Notes under the pieces: model-generated
Told to the model about the DNA's origin: nothing
Database searches by the model: none
Seen by the model: only the letters and a program-made list of their open reading frames with translations
NCBI RefSeq assembly: GCF_044704955.1
Contig: NC_091984.1
Span: forward strand, 44,454,001 to 44,518,000
Source of the DNA: Pristiophorus japonicus
Lineage: Eukaryota
Reading direction: 5' to 3'
DNA length: 64,000 nt
Shown here: one piece after another, positions 23,898 to 35,794 of the stretch
How positions within the stretch are numbered: position 1 is the first letter of the stretch
How the letters are laid out: every line of letters begins with the position of its first letter
Translations under genes and position numbers: made by a program

Positions 23898-24591
23898 TTT
23901 AACTGACTGGAGATGCATTTGTAGTAGGCCCAATATCCTGTTCATTCCATTTCCTCTGGTCAAATGCTCCAAAATTACAAAACAGTCTAAGTAGGAGGTG
24001 AGTCACTCTGGACAGGTTTTCAGCACCTTCTAATGACAAGATCAAGTCCACTCATTTGCCCACATTCTTCACTGGGAATGACATAGTGGTAGATATGAAG
24101 AGCCAATGGATGTGATGGAGCTCTTTGGCCTGAAAGGTGTTCAGCACATGCCCATTAGTATTAAGAATGCTCAAGCCTCTCCGGTATCAGGTTTCAAGTT
24201 TCTGTAAACGCATTACTTTCTGGGTTTTTGCCACTTTCATCCTTTGCTAGCAAAATGCAGCTAGAATTCTTTTTCTCAATGATAATGTTTCTTGATGAGT
24301 ATTTGAAAATAATTACATAGAAGTTACAATACAGAAACTAGTATATGTCAGCGTTGAACCTCCATACGGGATGTTTGAACAAAAGAGGTTTCAGTTTTAA
24401 ACTATACGTGGAATAGAATCATTTACAACGGTTGAAATGCCACTGTGGTAAAATGACTGGAAACCCTGAATCAGACATAGTTTTGTTTGACTTTACATTG
24501 ATGTTCAGGCAGGGTTTCCATAATGCTCTAGTTGGCCAAGGGCGCTACCCAGCGCCGAGCCTATGGCCAACATCTCGCCGTAGGCAACTAG

Positions 24592-24882
24592 GCCCATATA
24601 GCAGTGCCTGGTCTCCAGTCGTCTTGGACCCCCTTGCCACTGGATCAAGACCTAGCTCAGCTAAGACCGTGTGGTAGCCGGTGTGCAACGACCACCCCAC
24701 GTTAAAAGAACTCACGCACAGGCATCTTCCACTCCGTTAACATGAAGTTCGGGACCTGGAACGTCAGGACCCTCATGGACAACCCCAACTCTCGTATTGG
24801 ACTGTTCAGCCACCAAAGAACTCACTTCAGGAGTGGAAGCAAGTCTTCCTCGATTCTAAGGGACTGCCTATGATGATGATGA
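24592..24882 (+). mobile_element. Internally deleted (bipartite) RTE derivative
   Basis: RTE 5' UTR + MKFGTWNVRTL endonuclease start fused to the SRIGLFSHQRTH end and (TGA)n tail. Confidence 0.8.
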
Positions 24883-25165
24883 ATGTCTTTACTATACACA
24901 AATACTGGCACTGAGCATGGCAGCAGTCACTCCGAAGGAAAAATTCCAGGAGGGAATGGGCTGCTTCAAAAATGCTCTTTGGAAAAAAAAAAAGAATTAA
25001 TGTGCAGTACGCTTCTACGCAGCTTCCGGTCGTTGGCAGCAGTCACTCCAAAAAATAAACCACTGGCTACATAAAAAGTACGTCAATTAGATTAATGGCC
25101 AGGGAGCGACAGACCGTACATCATTTCCAATACATCCAGTCAAATTTCCAATATGGCACTGAAAG

Positions 25166-25578
25166 AATAAAATAACTTGAATTGATACAGTACTTCAGAA
25201 TGTACCAAAGCATTTCACAGCTAATGAAGTACTTTTCTGAAGTGTAGTCACTGTTGTAATGCAGGAAAATGCAGCAGTTAACTTGCACACAGCAAGATCC
25301 CACAACCAGCAATAAGATGTTGGTTGAGAAATAAATATTGGCCAGAACACAAGAATACCCCTGCTCTTCTTCAAATAGTAAGTCCACCTGAGAGGGCAGA
25401 CAGGGTCTCAGTTTAACGTCTGATCCGAAAGACGGTATGTCAGACAGTGCAACACTCCCCTCAGCACTGCACTAAAGTGTCAGCCTAGATTACGTGTTCA
25501 AGTTTCTGGAGTGGGGCTTCAACCCACAACCTTCTGATTCAGGGGCAAGAGTTCTACCACTGAGCTAACACTGACACT
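25166..25578 (-). mobile_element. DeuSINE copy
   Basis: Reverse complement of the 432-826 / 28065 family. Confidence 0.75.
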
Positions 25579-26329
25579 CAACGTTTGCATTTAAAATTTT
25601 AAACAAAACATACAAGTTACACAACTGTATTTGCTGAAGATCAGCATTAATTTTATAGATTCCATCATACAATAGTGCAAGAACTGGGCTTTGGATGGGG
25701 TTGGTGGGAGGGAAAGTGAAGAAGGGGAAAAATAATATCCATCTTTATTCTGAGAGAGACGATCAGGTGATTACATGGCTGTAACACGATTCTCGCAATT
25801 ACTAGAGGGCATTATTGCCAACTTTACAGTTCTTCTAAAATTAGAATGAGAACCGGATCGCATGCACTATAAGAGAACTATCTAAAGAAATAGAGGGTGA
25901 ATATCAAACTTACAACCCATTCTACCACCAGTCTTTACCAAATAAATAGTGTCTTTGTATTTTTAGGACTACAGCAAAGTGATGGCTATTTGAAGCTGTA
26001 TTGTTTTAAACGCAGCTTCATTCTCCTACGTCACAAAATCAGACGATAAATGCAATTAGTAAAGCCATTCCCCCATCGCAGTTCATCCATCCAGAATGAA
26101 CATACAGTGCATACAGATCACAAATCAGAACTTTTGCTCCCAGGTTATCTTCACATGTGTGTTCAGATGTCACAGACTTTGATGGAAAATGAGTCCCTCC
26201 CTCTAACTCGGACCTTACTAGCATCCAATATCGCAAAGCTTTGGTATACATGTGTAGGGGTTTACAACCCCATACAGATGTAGTCTCTCCCTTTCTATAT
26301 TAGCTGTTTTTGCATAATACTTAACATGC

Positions 26330-26546
26330 CTGTAGAATGGTGTTGAATGGCAGGGCATTAGGAAGAACAAGGAGGGCTCGTCTCTCTCCGGCAGAGTGTC
26401 CTTACAGAGTTGTTGAACATGCTGCATCACATCCAGTGTTCCACGCTGGTGAATTAAGCCAGTATACAGAACTAGGCATACATTAGAAGAAAGCAGAAAA
26501 CAGACTGCCGGCTTCTTCCATGCTTTCAAATTAGCCAATGAGTAGC
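26330..26546 (-). CDS. PIGB: PIGB coding exon 10 ([12 protein letters not shown]...HQRGTLDVM...MPCHSTPFY)
   Basis: 217 nt, gtatag acceptor; ends AG|gcatgt (GC donor required by phase with exon 11). Confidence 0.93.
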
Positions 26547-27114
26547 CTATACAGAAAAGGGAATGAAACTAAGCATTTATTACACGACTCTACTTAAGTG
26601 AATACCAATGTAAAGAAATCTAAAGCCTATAACATTTTCTGTACATAAAACAGGAGTAAATAACTTCAACTATTTATTCCAGTTAAGTGCATACTTTTGT
26701 ATAGGTTATGCAATTTACCAGATTTATATTCAAATTTTAGTTACAAATTGCATAATTTCAGAGTATTTCAACAATACCCGAGTTAGAAAGTTGAAATATA
26801 AAACCATATAAAGTACTAATTCATAATGTCACAACAGGGAAGAGTTACAAATATCTGCATCAAACTGCCTCTGGAAATAAACAGGCTGAAGTCAAAGAGA
26901 TATATCTTTTTAAAAACATGAAACAAGCATTCAAAAGCATTTTTCCTTTTAAAAATCGTAAAAATGCTCATCCATTCTACATTTTTCAAAGCCAAGTATT
27001 TCATGTGGAAAACATTTTTAATTGAAGATATTTTGTTTTAAAATCTAAACAGCAACAGTTACACAAGTCAAGTGGGTTACTTATTTGAGGTCGAATTAGC
27101 AAGAGGATACTTAC

Positions 27115-27179
27115 CACAAAACACCATGCAGAGAGGCATTACTGGATAAATAAATCTGAATTCCTTGTGGCTTAAGAAA
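27115..27179 (-). CDS. PIGB: PIGB coding exon 9 ([21 protein letters not shown])
   Basis: 65 nt, ttacag / gtaagt; HKEFRF motif of GT22 mannosyltransferases. Confidence 0.96.
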
Positions 27180-27319
27180 CTGTAATAAAGAATATATATA
27201 TTTTTTAAATGTAGGTATTCAAGAGGTGATATTTGAAAGTATGCATGTGCATACCTGGTAATGCTATATGTCAGTGCATCAGCATGCTGTGCCACACATT
27301 TCCCCAAATATCAATACAA

Positions 27320-27672
27320 TAGCAAAATATTGCAGATGCTGGAATCTGAAATAAAAACAGAAAATGCTACAAATACTCAGCAGGTCAGGCAGTATCTGTG
27401 GAGAGAGAAACAGAGTTAACATTTCAGGTCGAGAGCCTTTCGCTAGTTCTAACAAAGGGTCATCGACCTGAAACATTAACTATTTATCTCTAATAAGAAC
27501 ATAAGAAATAGGAGCAGGAGTAGGCCATACGACCTCTCGAGCTTGCTCCGTCATTTAATACAATCATGCCTGATCCGATTATGGACTCAGGTCCACTTCC
27601 CTGCCCGCTCCCCATAACCCCTTATCGGATGCTGCCTGATCTGCTAAGTATTTCCAGCATTTTCTGTTTTTA
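27320..27672. mobile_element. Palindromic pair of Penelope-type termini interrupted by a CR1 tail (about 27495-27625, -)
   Basis: Minus copy 27320-27441 abuts plus copy 27442-27490, which resumes at 27627-27672. Confidence 0.7.
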
Positions 27673-28064
27673 TCCCCAAATGTCAATTTCTCCACAACAT
27701 CCAGATTGAGCGAGGCAGTGAGCGAAGGGGAAGAAGTAATCAACTCAACCACTCCTGTACCTCCTAGTGTCTGCTTCAAAGCAGAGAACTGCTTGCATGC
27801 CTGCTCTCACAGAATGATTATTCACTACAGTAGGTTACCCGTTATAACTACGTCTTAGTAGGTCAATTTAGCCACACAGTGCCCAATATATGGCTCCAGC
27901 ACCAGCCGAGTCATGATGCCCAATTGGGCTTTTGCCAGTGCCAAGAGCACACACTACCCAAATCATTTTATTTTCATAATGTGGGGGAGGGTGCAGGTGG
28001 TGAAGAAAGTGAAGGAACTTCTCCACTTTCACTACCCTGCAAAGGTAGAACTGTGTTTAAAACT

Positions 28065-28515
28065 GCTGTAGCTCAGTGGTAGCACTCTCAACTCTGAGCC
28101 AGAAGGCTGTAGGTTCAAGTTGCTCTCCAGAGATTTGAGCACATAATCTACGCTGACACTTCAGTGCAGTACTGAAGGAGTGCTGCATTGTTGGAGGTGG
28201 AGTCTTCCAGGTGAGAAGTTAAACCGAGTCCCTGTCTACCCTCTCAAATGGATGTAAAAGAACCCATGATACTATTCAATGAAGAGCAGGGGAGTTCTCC
28301 CAGAGTGCTGGTCAACATTTATTCCTCAAACAACACATAACCAGATTTATCTGTTTTATCTATTTAATCGCTGTTCATGGGACCATGTTGTGCTCAAATT
28401 GGCTGAAGCATTTCCTATATTGCAACAGTGGCTACACTTCCAAAGTACTTTATTGGTTCCAAAGCATTTTAGGTTGTAAAAGATGTGCTATAAATGCAAG
28501 TATTTCTTTATTTTC
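28065..28515 (+). mobile_element. DeuSINE copy
   Basis: A box tagctcagtgg, B box ggttcaagt, Deu core, tail gctataaatgcaagt. Confidence 0.75.
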
Positions 28516-29053
28516 TTTTTTTAATACTAAAACATTGGAGACTAATGGTTGTGAAGAGGAGGAAAGACAGTAATGCGTTTTCATGTAAAGCTACCTCCTA
28601 ATTATCACCTTTATGTAGCAAGTATCTACAGTAACTCCTCAACCTGTCCTTACATTTCTAATTCTAAATTTGTGCAGTAAGTCTCAAAACAACAAATTCT
28701 TCTACATTATGAACAGTGCATATTATAAGAGAAAAGTAGATAAATAGCTGAAAGAGAGGAGGATACAAAGGCTATGGGAAGACAGCAGGGGCAGAAAGAT
28801 TAGTTATGGATTGCTCTAGCAAAAACCTGGTAGAGACATTTTGGGTCAAATAGTTTGGAAACCCATGATTAGGATAGTGGTCTTGTCTTTAATCGTTCTG
28901 TGCTGTAAGCTTCTATCGTTCAGTGTAGCCAAATCTTGCTTTCACTTCATGTGTTCCCAGATCGGGAAACAACTATTTAAGTAAGAATTGGAGGGAGGAG
29001 AAACAGGAAAACTTTAAATCAGAAAGGAGAGATTTACACCTTATTGGTTTGCA

Positions 29054-29474
29054 TCTTATTGGAACCCAGAGGTGGAGCAGCGTGGACAAGACCAAGGGAA
29101 GGCGCAGCACGGGCCAATAAGCGAGGCTGTAAGGTCGTGAGGCTCACATTGTGTACTATGAATTCCATGTAGAGAGCGGACCTGTGGGAAGAAGGAAGGA
29201 AGGAGGACAGTAGGAGTATATTTGAGTTTGTGTATATGTATTGGCACATGCGGCGAAGCCTGGTCTCCAATCGTTTTGGATCCCCTTGCCACTGGACCAA
29301 GACCTTGCTCTGTCAACCCCGTGTGGTGGCTGGTGTGCAACAGCTACTCCACGTTAAAAGAATTCACGCACAGGCATCTTCCACCGTTTAAAATGAGTTA
29401 ATCAGTCACCCAAGTACTCATTTTTAGTGTGGAAGCAAGTCATCCTCGACCCCGAGGGATTGCCTATGATGATG
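29054..29474 (+). mobile_element. Bipartite RTE derivative with 5' extension and 11-bp TSD
   Basis: ATTGGTTTGCA at 29043-29053 and 29475-29485; 29243-29474 aligns to the 24592-24882 copy. Confidence 0.75.
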
Positions 29475-29938
29475 ATTGGTTTGCAGCATCACATTAAGTG
29501 GTATATCTGTAAATAAACAGGATAAAAACAAATATTTTTTTGCATAGGGCAATAACTTATGAATGCCTATTTGTGAGATTATGCAGCTTCACCTACACAC
29601 AAATATTAAACTGGACAAAGAATTTCTCGGAAAAAGAATTCTATTGAACTTGCATTAACAACAGGCACCTTTAATACCTTCTTGTGGAGATCATATTGTG
29701 CTTCTCTTAGCTGTCAGAGTATTTCACAAAAGCAGCAACTCCACTGAAGGTGGTTACAGAAACAAAATCAGAGAGCAAGGAGGGAGTTATAAGGTTGAAT
29801 CTTAGCTCAGGACTGCAATATCTGTAAAACCTCAAGATTGAAATAGTTTCAAACCAATGATTAGGATTCTAGTCCTGCCTTCAATCCCAGATAGCTATTA
29901 GACTTTACACAGAGAGCCCTAATCTGAATGGTACACAC

Positions 29939-30150
29939 CTATACACCACGAGGGTCCACATCACCGCTATTAGTAAAACTCTGTACTTCCTGGGCACCAA
30001 CAGACATCCATGAATGAAGAAGGGCAAATGTGTTCCCATGATAACAGGAAATCCCTGAGTGAAGTACCAGTGCCACGAGTGTGCACCATAGAATGCTCCC
30101 ATGTTCTGAATCACGTTAAATCTGAGGAAATTCCATTGAACCATAACCCA
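29939..30150 (-). CDS. PIGB: PIGB coding exon 8 (WVMVQWNF...[10 protein letters not shown]...LVVY)
   Basis: 212 nt, tttcag / gtgtgt. Confidence 0.96.
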
Positions 30151-30806
30151 CTGAAAGAGTGAAAAAAGCAAAGCATGACAGGAACAAAATGTAAATTGGC
30201 ACCATATTCTGTTATGGCTGTTGTAAATGGAACAAGATAACAACATAGATATTATCAACAGGGGATAAAAGGCAAATATCTTAGGTAGCCCTACCCTAGA
30301 ATGTTTTCTTCAAAACTGGGGTACCATATTATGTACATTTCTGAATCCAAACAGCTTCATTGATTTTTTTTTTTTTAAAAAGATATATAAATGCTAGGAA
30401 AAGAAATGAGTGGTACAGAATCATCATTTTACATAGATACACAACTGAACAGTTAGCATTTATAAACGAATCAATGAAACTAATGGACAGTAATCCCTTC
30501 ACTAACTACCTTTATGCACTGGCAGCCAGATTAAGAGCACTACTTTGTTTGCTTTGTTGAAGCAGAAGACTTAGCAATTTGAGAGTGTTTTTTTAAAAAA
30601 ATAAAGCAAAAAATTATTTAATCTATAAAGCTGAAAATAACAGGCACCAGATCTATTAAAAATAAGATGCTCAACACATTACAATTTGCTCCAAAGTAGG
30701 CCAGGCCAGTGGCTTTATCGTAGGCTAGCCACACTACCATAGTTGTGTTACGCAGCTCAACAGTAGCTTTTGAAAGACCAATCAAAAATATGAAAAACCA
30801 CCCTAC

Positions 30807-30858
30807 CTCACCATAAAATATTCGGTCAATGATCAGAGAAATCCCAAGTGTTAAGCAC
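30807..30858 (-). CDS. PIGB: PIGB coding exon 7 (CLTLGISLIIDRIFYGE)
   Basis: 52 nt, ttacag / gtaggg. Confidence 0.94.
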
Positions 30859-32178
30859 CTGTAAAATAAACACCATATTCATAGCGGGAATAAATTTCAT
30901 CTTTTAGGAAAAAAATTATTAGGTTTCTCTTAAAAATAACTGGCACACCAACACATAGCCTCAGCGTTGGAGGACACACATTTCCATCCCGATTTCCTCT
31001 GCACAAAAAGTTCATGATCTTGGCTGTGCCACGAAGAATGAATGAGTCAGCTTAAGCCACTCTAACCAACTGTTGAGAATTGTGCAAAAGAACAATATTG
31101 GTAGAAGACTGGTAGCATCAACAAGGAATGGCACACAACCTGCAATGGAAACAGCCTCCCACCCACATCTGTCCCCACCTCAAAACATCCAAAAGTGGGA
31201 ACATTACACAGAAAATCAGAAACATGATTCTACATCCTAACATCTCTGCCACCGCATGTTAGATACAATTGTCTGTCCCAGCTAAACAACCCTCCAGACT
31301 CCTTTACAGGAGCAGCTGAGACCTGGTCCTGCATTGAGGATTTTCTCTGTTTTGTGCGTGAAAAATTACAGAGGAGTTTGCCACAAGCTCTGTAAACAAT
31401 GATTCCTCAGGGATCAAGAGCGCCTCTTAGGACGAGACTAATGCACAGCTGACCCAGATTCTCTCAAAAAGTACTTGAGGCAATCCTCCTAGGCGGTGGG
31501 AGCTGGAATCCTAAGCATACCTGTGCATTGGGTAATTTCCATCAAGTCCAAAATGAAATCCCTGCTCATGTCAGGGTTATCTGGGAGTCAAGTCCCAGAA
31601 TGTCCAGGCAGGAACTATAATCCTCAGTATGAACATGAAACAAACTTGATTTGAAATATTGGTGGGAAATTGCTTGCTGTTCCTGTTAATGCCATATCTC
31701 TGCCTCAACCCATCCTCTTCACCTACTTTCCAAGAGCAGACAACATAGTCATCCTGCATTTCCGGGTTATACCCTATTAACCAGGCAAGTCAGCAATAAC
31801 AGAGCCACCAACATTGGATGGTGTGGATATGAAATGGGAATGCAACTCATGCCAGCAATAGTGTTTTGTGAGTTGATTCCAGAATCATGGGAGGCACTGT
31901 ACTGCTTTACCACTAATCTTTATCTAGATCAGAGCCAAACTGCTCCCTACTTGACATTTTACAACTAATAATTTACAGTTAGTGTTTTAATTTTTTCTCC
32001 TTTCTGTTCCTCAACAAACTGATCCTGACGTGAAATGCAAATGCAGGGAATCTGCAGTAAAGTAATCTAGTTGCTGGTTGCAAATAGTATTCAACAGCAG
32101 AAAATACAGAATTGGTTTGTCTGAAATTGTAAAGTCTGGACTGATATGGGACAAAATCCTCCCCCCTTTTGTACGTAC

Positions 32179-32319
32179 CCAACTGGTAGACATTTGTGCA
32201 AGAGTAGATCCAGTTTCTTCAGTTCCTGCCAGAAATGTGAAAATAGCAGTGGCAGCCAAAGGATAACAGCAGTGGGGCGCACAACAACTGCAAAAGCAGT
32301 CAGAGCCAGATATTTTGAA
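32179..32319 (-). CDS. PIGB: PIGB coding exon 6 (SKYLAL...VRPTAVILW...LPVG)
   Basis: 141 nt, ctgcag / gtacgt. Confidence 0.95.
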
Positions 32320-32951
32320 CTGCAGATAGAAAATATAAAAACAGACACAATGAGATCTGCTTAAAGCTGCCCTTAAATGTTATCACAAAAACAAAATGGC
32401 ATTACTATAGACACGTCATCGCACAAAAGGTACAGTGATTTGTGCAGAACAAAAAAATAAAGACCAATTTTTCAAGGGACTTTTATTTCTTCTCTCGAGG
32501 AGAGATATTAATCAATAGTAAAACCTCAAAAGGAGAAAAACTGAACTCCATGGCCTCTAACCCAAAAATGGCAAAATAAATAAAAAATAATAAATAAATT
32601 ACAATGCTAGGAAGTGGGACTCTTCATTAAGAGCCCAAATTCAAATCTCTATCCAGATTGATCTGCGCACTTTTATTTAGTCCACAGTGTAACCACCTGG
32701 TGTTGTCCGGACAGGAAAAAAAACTGGGATGAAGTGGACTGAAGGTCCTGTCTTCTAACCAACCTCAAGTTGTAATGAGAATCTGTAGAGACGTCTGTGC
32801 ACTAAAATATCAACTCAACAAATTTAGACTGTGAAGATGCAAGGAGTATAATGTAAGGGAGTGGAAAGAAAGCAGTGGAGGAAAACCAAATTATTTATGG
32901 GAGTGATATTACCACTTCCTGCACAGAGCTTGTAATGACTTTAAACTCCAA

Positions 32952-33469
32952 GGGCTGGATTTTCGGGTTTTGGGGTGAATACGCAAGCGATAAGTGAAAA
33001 TTAATGTTTTCGCTGTGCTAACGATTTAAGGCCTAATTTTCGGCATTTGGGTCTCGCAAAGGGAGGCGTTGCACAAGTGTTCTCAGCTCAAAAACGCGAT
33101 CCTCGCCAACTTTAGTGCGGGGTCGGGAGCGCTGCGAGAGAGGCGCCTTGGGAGGGGGAGGATAATGCCAAAAAACATTTCAAAAACATTTACAAGACCG
33201 TTAACTAATTAATCGCTGCAAAAAAATTAATGAAAGCGTTAACTTAGCTTTTTTGCAGGTTTTCTGATTTGTGTTCAGGGCGCAGCGTATGGGTCAGGTG
33301 CATGCTGAAATTCGATCGCAAACGCAATCAGAGTTGTTCCACGTCGGCGTGGAAGCGCCGCCGCAAACAGGTACCCGAGGATCTCGCCCGGACTTTGCAA
33401 CCGGGTTATCGCCACGGAGGGTTAAATCGCAGCGAAAACCCGGTCGCAAACCTCTCAAAAATCCAGCCC
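32952..33469. mobile_element. MITE with 12-bp perfect TIR (PIF/Harbinger-group-like)
   Basis: GGGCTGGATTTT ... AAAATCCAGCCC; CpG-rich interior; flanks caa/cat. Confidence 0.75.
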
Positions 33470-33574
33470 CATGAGTCCCCATCAATAGTCCTGAATTTCC
33501 ATAGGGTTCATTTCATCTCCTAACTGTAACTTAGGGAGAAGATCGGTAGAAACCGTGCAAATTCGGAATTTAAT

Positions 33575-34643
33575 TCGGAGGAGTGTGAGGTAATGCACTT
33601 TGGGAGGACTAATTGGAAAGGGTATACACATTAAGTGGTAAGCCACTTAATAGTGTAGATGAACAAAGGGACCTTGGAGTGTTTGTCCACAGATCCCTGA
33701 AAGTAGGCCAGGTGGATAAGGTAGTTAAGAAGGCATACGGAATGCTTGCCTTTATTGGCTGAGGCATAGAATGCATGAGCAGGGAGGTTATGCTTAAATT
33801 GTATAATACTCTGGTTAGGCCACAGCTGGAGTACTGCAGGACATGATTACACTAGAGAGGGTGTAGAGGAGATTTACTAGGATGCTGCCTGGAATGGAGA
33901 ACCTTAGTTATGAGGACAGATTGGATAGGCTGGGTTTGTTCTCATTGGAACAGAGGAGGCTGAGAGGAGACCTCATTGAGGTGTACATAATTTTGAGGGG
34001 CCTGGAAAAAGTGGATAGCAAGAGCCTATTTCCATTGGTGGAGGGGTCTATTATGAGGGAGTTTTAAGGTGGTTGGTGGAAGGTTCAGAGGGAATTTTAA
34101 AGGTGGCATCTTCACGCAGAGGGTTGTGGGGATCTGGAACTCGCTGCCTGGAAGGGTGGTGGATGCAGAAACCCTAACCACAATTAAAAGGGTGGGCACT
34201 TAAAAGTGCCATAACCTGCACCAGAGCTGGTAATTGGGATTAGACTAGATAATCCTCTTGTTGGCCAGTGCAGATATGATGGTAAGTACTGCAGGGAATC
34301 AAATTCGGCCAGAGTGATCTTCTGGACTAGTTTCGATCGCCTGGATGAGTCGGAGAGTAATTTTCCCAGATTTTTTTCCCCCAATTGGCCTGGGTTTTTA
34401 AACTTGGTTTTTGCCACTCCCAGGAGATCACATGGCTCTGTTTGCGGTGGAGTATAGAATGTTTCAGTGTAAGGGGTGTCGCAGTTGTGTGGGGCGGACT
34501 GGTTGGGCTGGGTGCTCTTTACCTTTCCGCCATTGTTCATTGGTTTATATGTAATCTTCAGGGCTGCTGACCGAGGGCCGTGCAGCGGACACAATGGGCC
34601 GAAATGGCCTCCTCCTTCTGCGTTGTAGATTTCTATGTTTCTA
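33575..34643 (+). mobile_element. CR1 3' fragment, same long-3'UTR subfamily as 6040-8690
   Basis: Near-collinear with 7555-8690. Confidence 0.9.
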
Positions 34644-34949
34644 AACAGTCACTTTTAGCATTTACACCATTTCTCTGGGGTTTTGTCAATTTGCCGTTGG
34701 AGAATCCCCTAGAAACCTCAAGCGAGGATCACATCATGTGATAAAGCATTCAAGTTGTTCTTTCAATACTTTTCAAATCACACATACTATGTTTGCCAAT
34801 TAATGGCCCTCACACATACAAAAAATACATGACTGTAAAATAAACCCACTCAAAATACATCAATGATTATACCTTTTCACAATCACATTCCTAATGCATG
34901 TCTGATTATGCAAAATGCTCAAAATAAATGCGTCACCGGGACATTGTTT

Positions 34950-35205
34950 TTAAATCCATTCATGAGATGTGGATGTCGCTGGCATTTATTTCCCAATCCT
35001 AATTACCCTTGAGATGGTGGTGGTGAACCGCCTTCTTGAACTGCAGCAGTCATATGGTGAAGGTACTCCCATAGTTCAGTTTGGGAAGGAATTCCAGTAT
35101 TTTGGCCATGTGACAATGAAGGAACAGTGATATATTTCCAAGTGACTTGGAGGGAACTTGGGAGGTAGTAATGTTCCCATGTACCTGCTGCCCTTGTCCT
35201 TTTAG
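34950..35205 (-). mobile_element. 3' tail of the second LINE family
   Basis: Aligns with 16835-17110. Confidence 0.7.
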
Positions 35206-35663
35206 ACCATTATGGTCTTCCATAATGACTAGCTTCCAGAACAGGAATCCCCAGTGTAAACAAATTGATTACAAGAATATTTGATCAGCAATAAACTTAG
35301 TTCAGTGTAATTCCCTTTGTATTTTTCTTATAAATTGATGCTTTTTTTGTATCTTCTATAAACCCTTCATTTTATCCTGTCCACAAAACATGCCCTTGAG
35401 GAAAGAGCATGCAGATGATATTTTCAATAGCAGTGGACAATAGCACTCTTTTTAAAAAAAAAGTTGGGAAGTGAATCCGCCTCCTATTTTCTCTAAGGAA
35501 AAGCACTCTGTTCAATAGGTTGGCATGAGAGTAGAGCTGAGATCAGGCTAATCTGTGTGGGACATTAGGAGCACAAATCTTGCATTCTATAACACAAACA
35601 TACTATGCTAAATTATACAATAGCATTTAAAAAGGGTTCAGAATAAGCAAACATTTTCCTGAC

Positions 35664-35794
35664 CTACTCCCAGTCTTTGTACCCTGAAAAGGGTAGTAAT
35701 AAAGTGTAAAGCTGGTTAGAACAGCTTCCATACTATTCGTAATAGTCCGGGTACTGCAATACCAGGTGAACCAGGAACACAGTTGGGAGAAATA
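35664..35794 (-). CDS. PIGB: PIGB coding exon 5 ([23 protein letters not shown]...)
   Basis: 131 nt, ttccag / gtcagg. Confidence 0.95.

Noticed and set aside
24600-24725. HDV-like ribozyme in the RTE 5' UTR
   Set aside because: Complementary segments exist, but the nested double-pseudoknot order and catalytic J4/2 motif could not be fitted by eye
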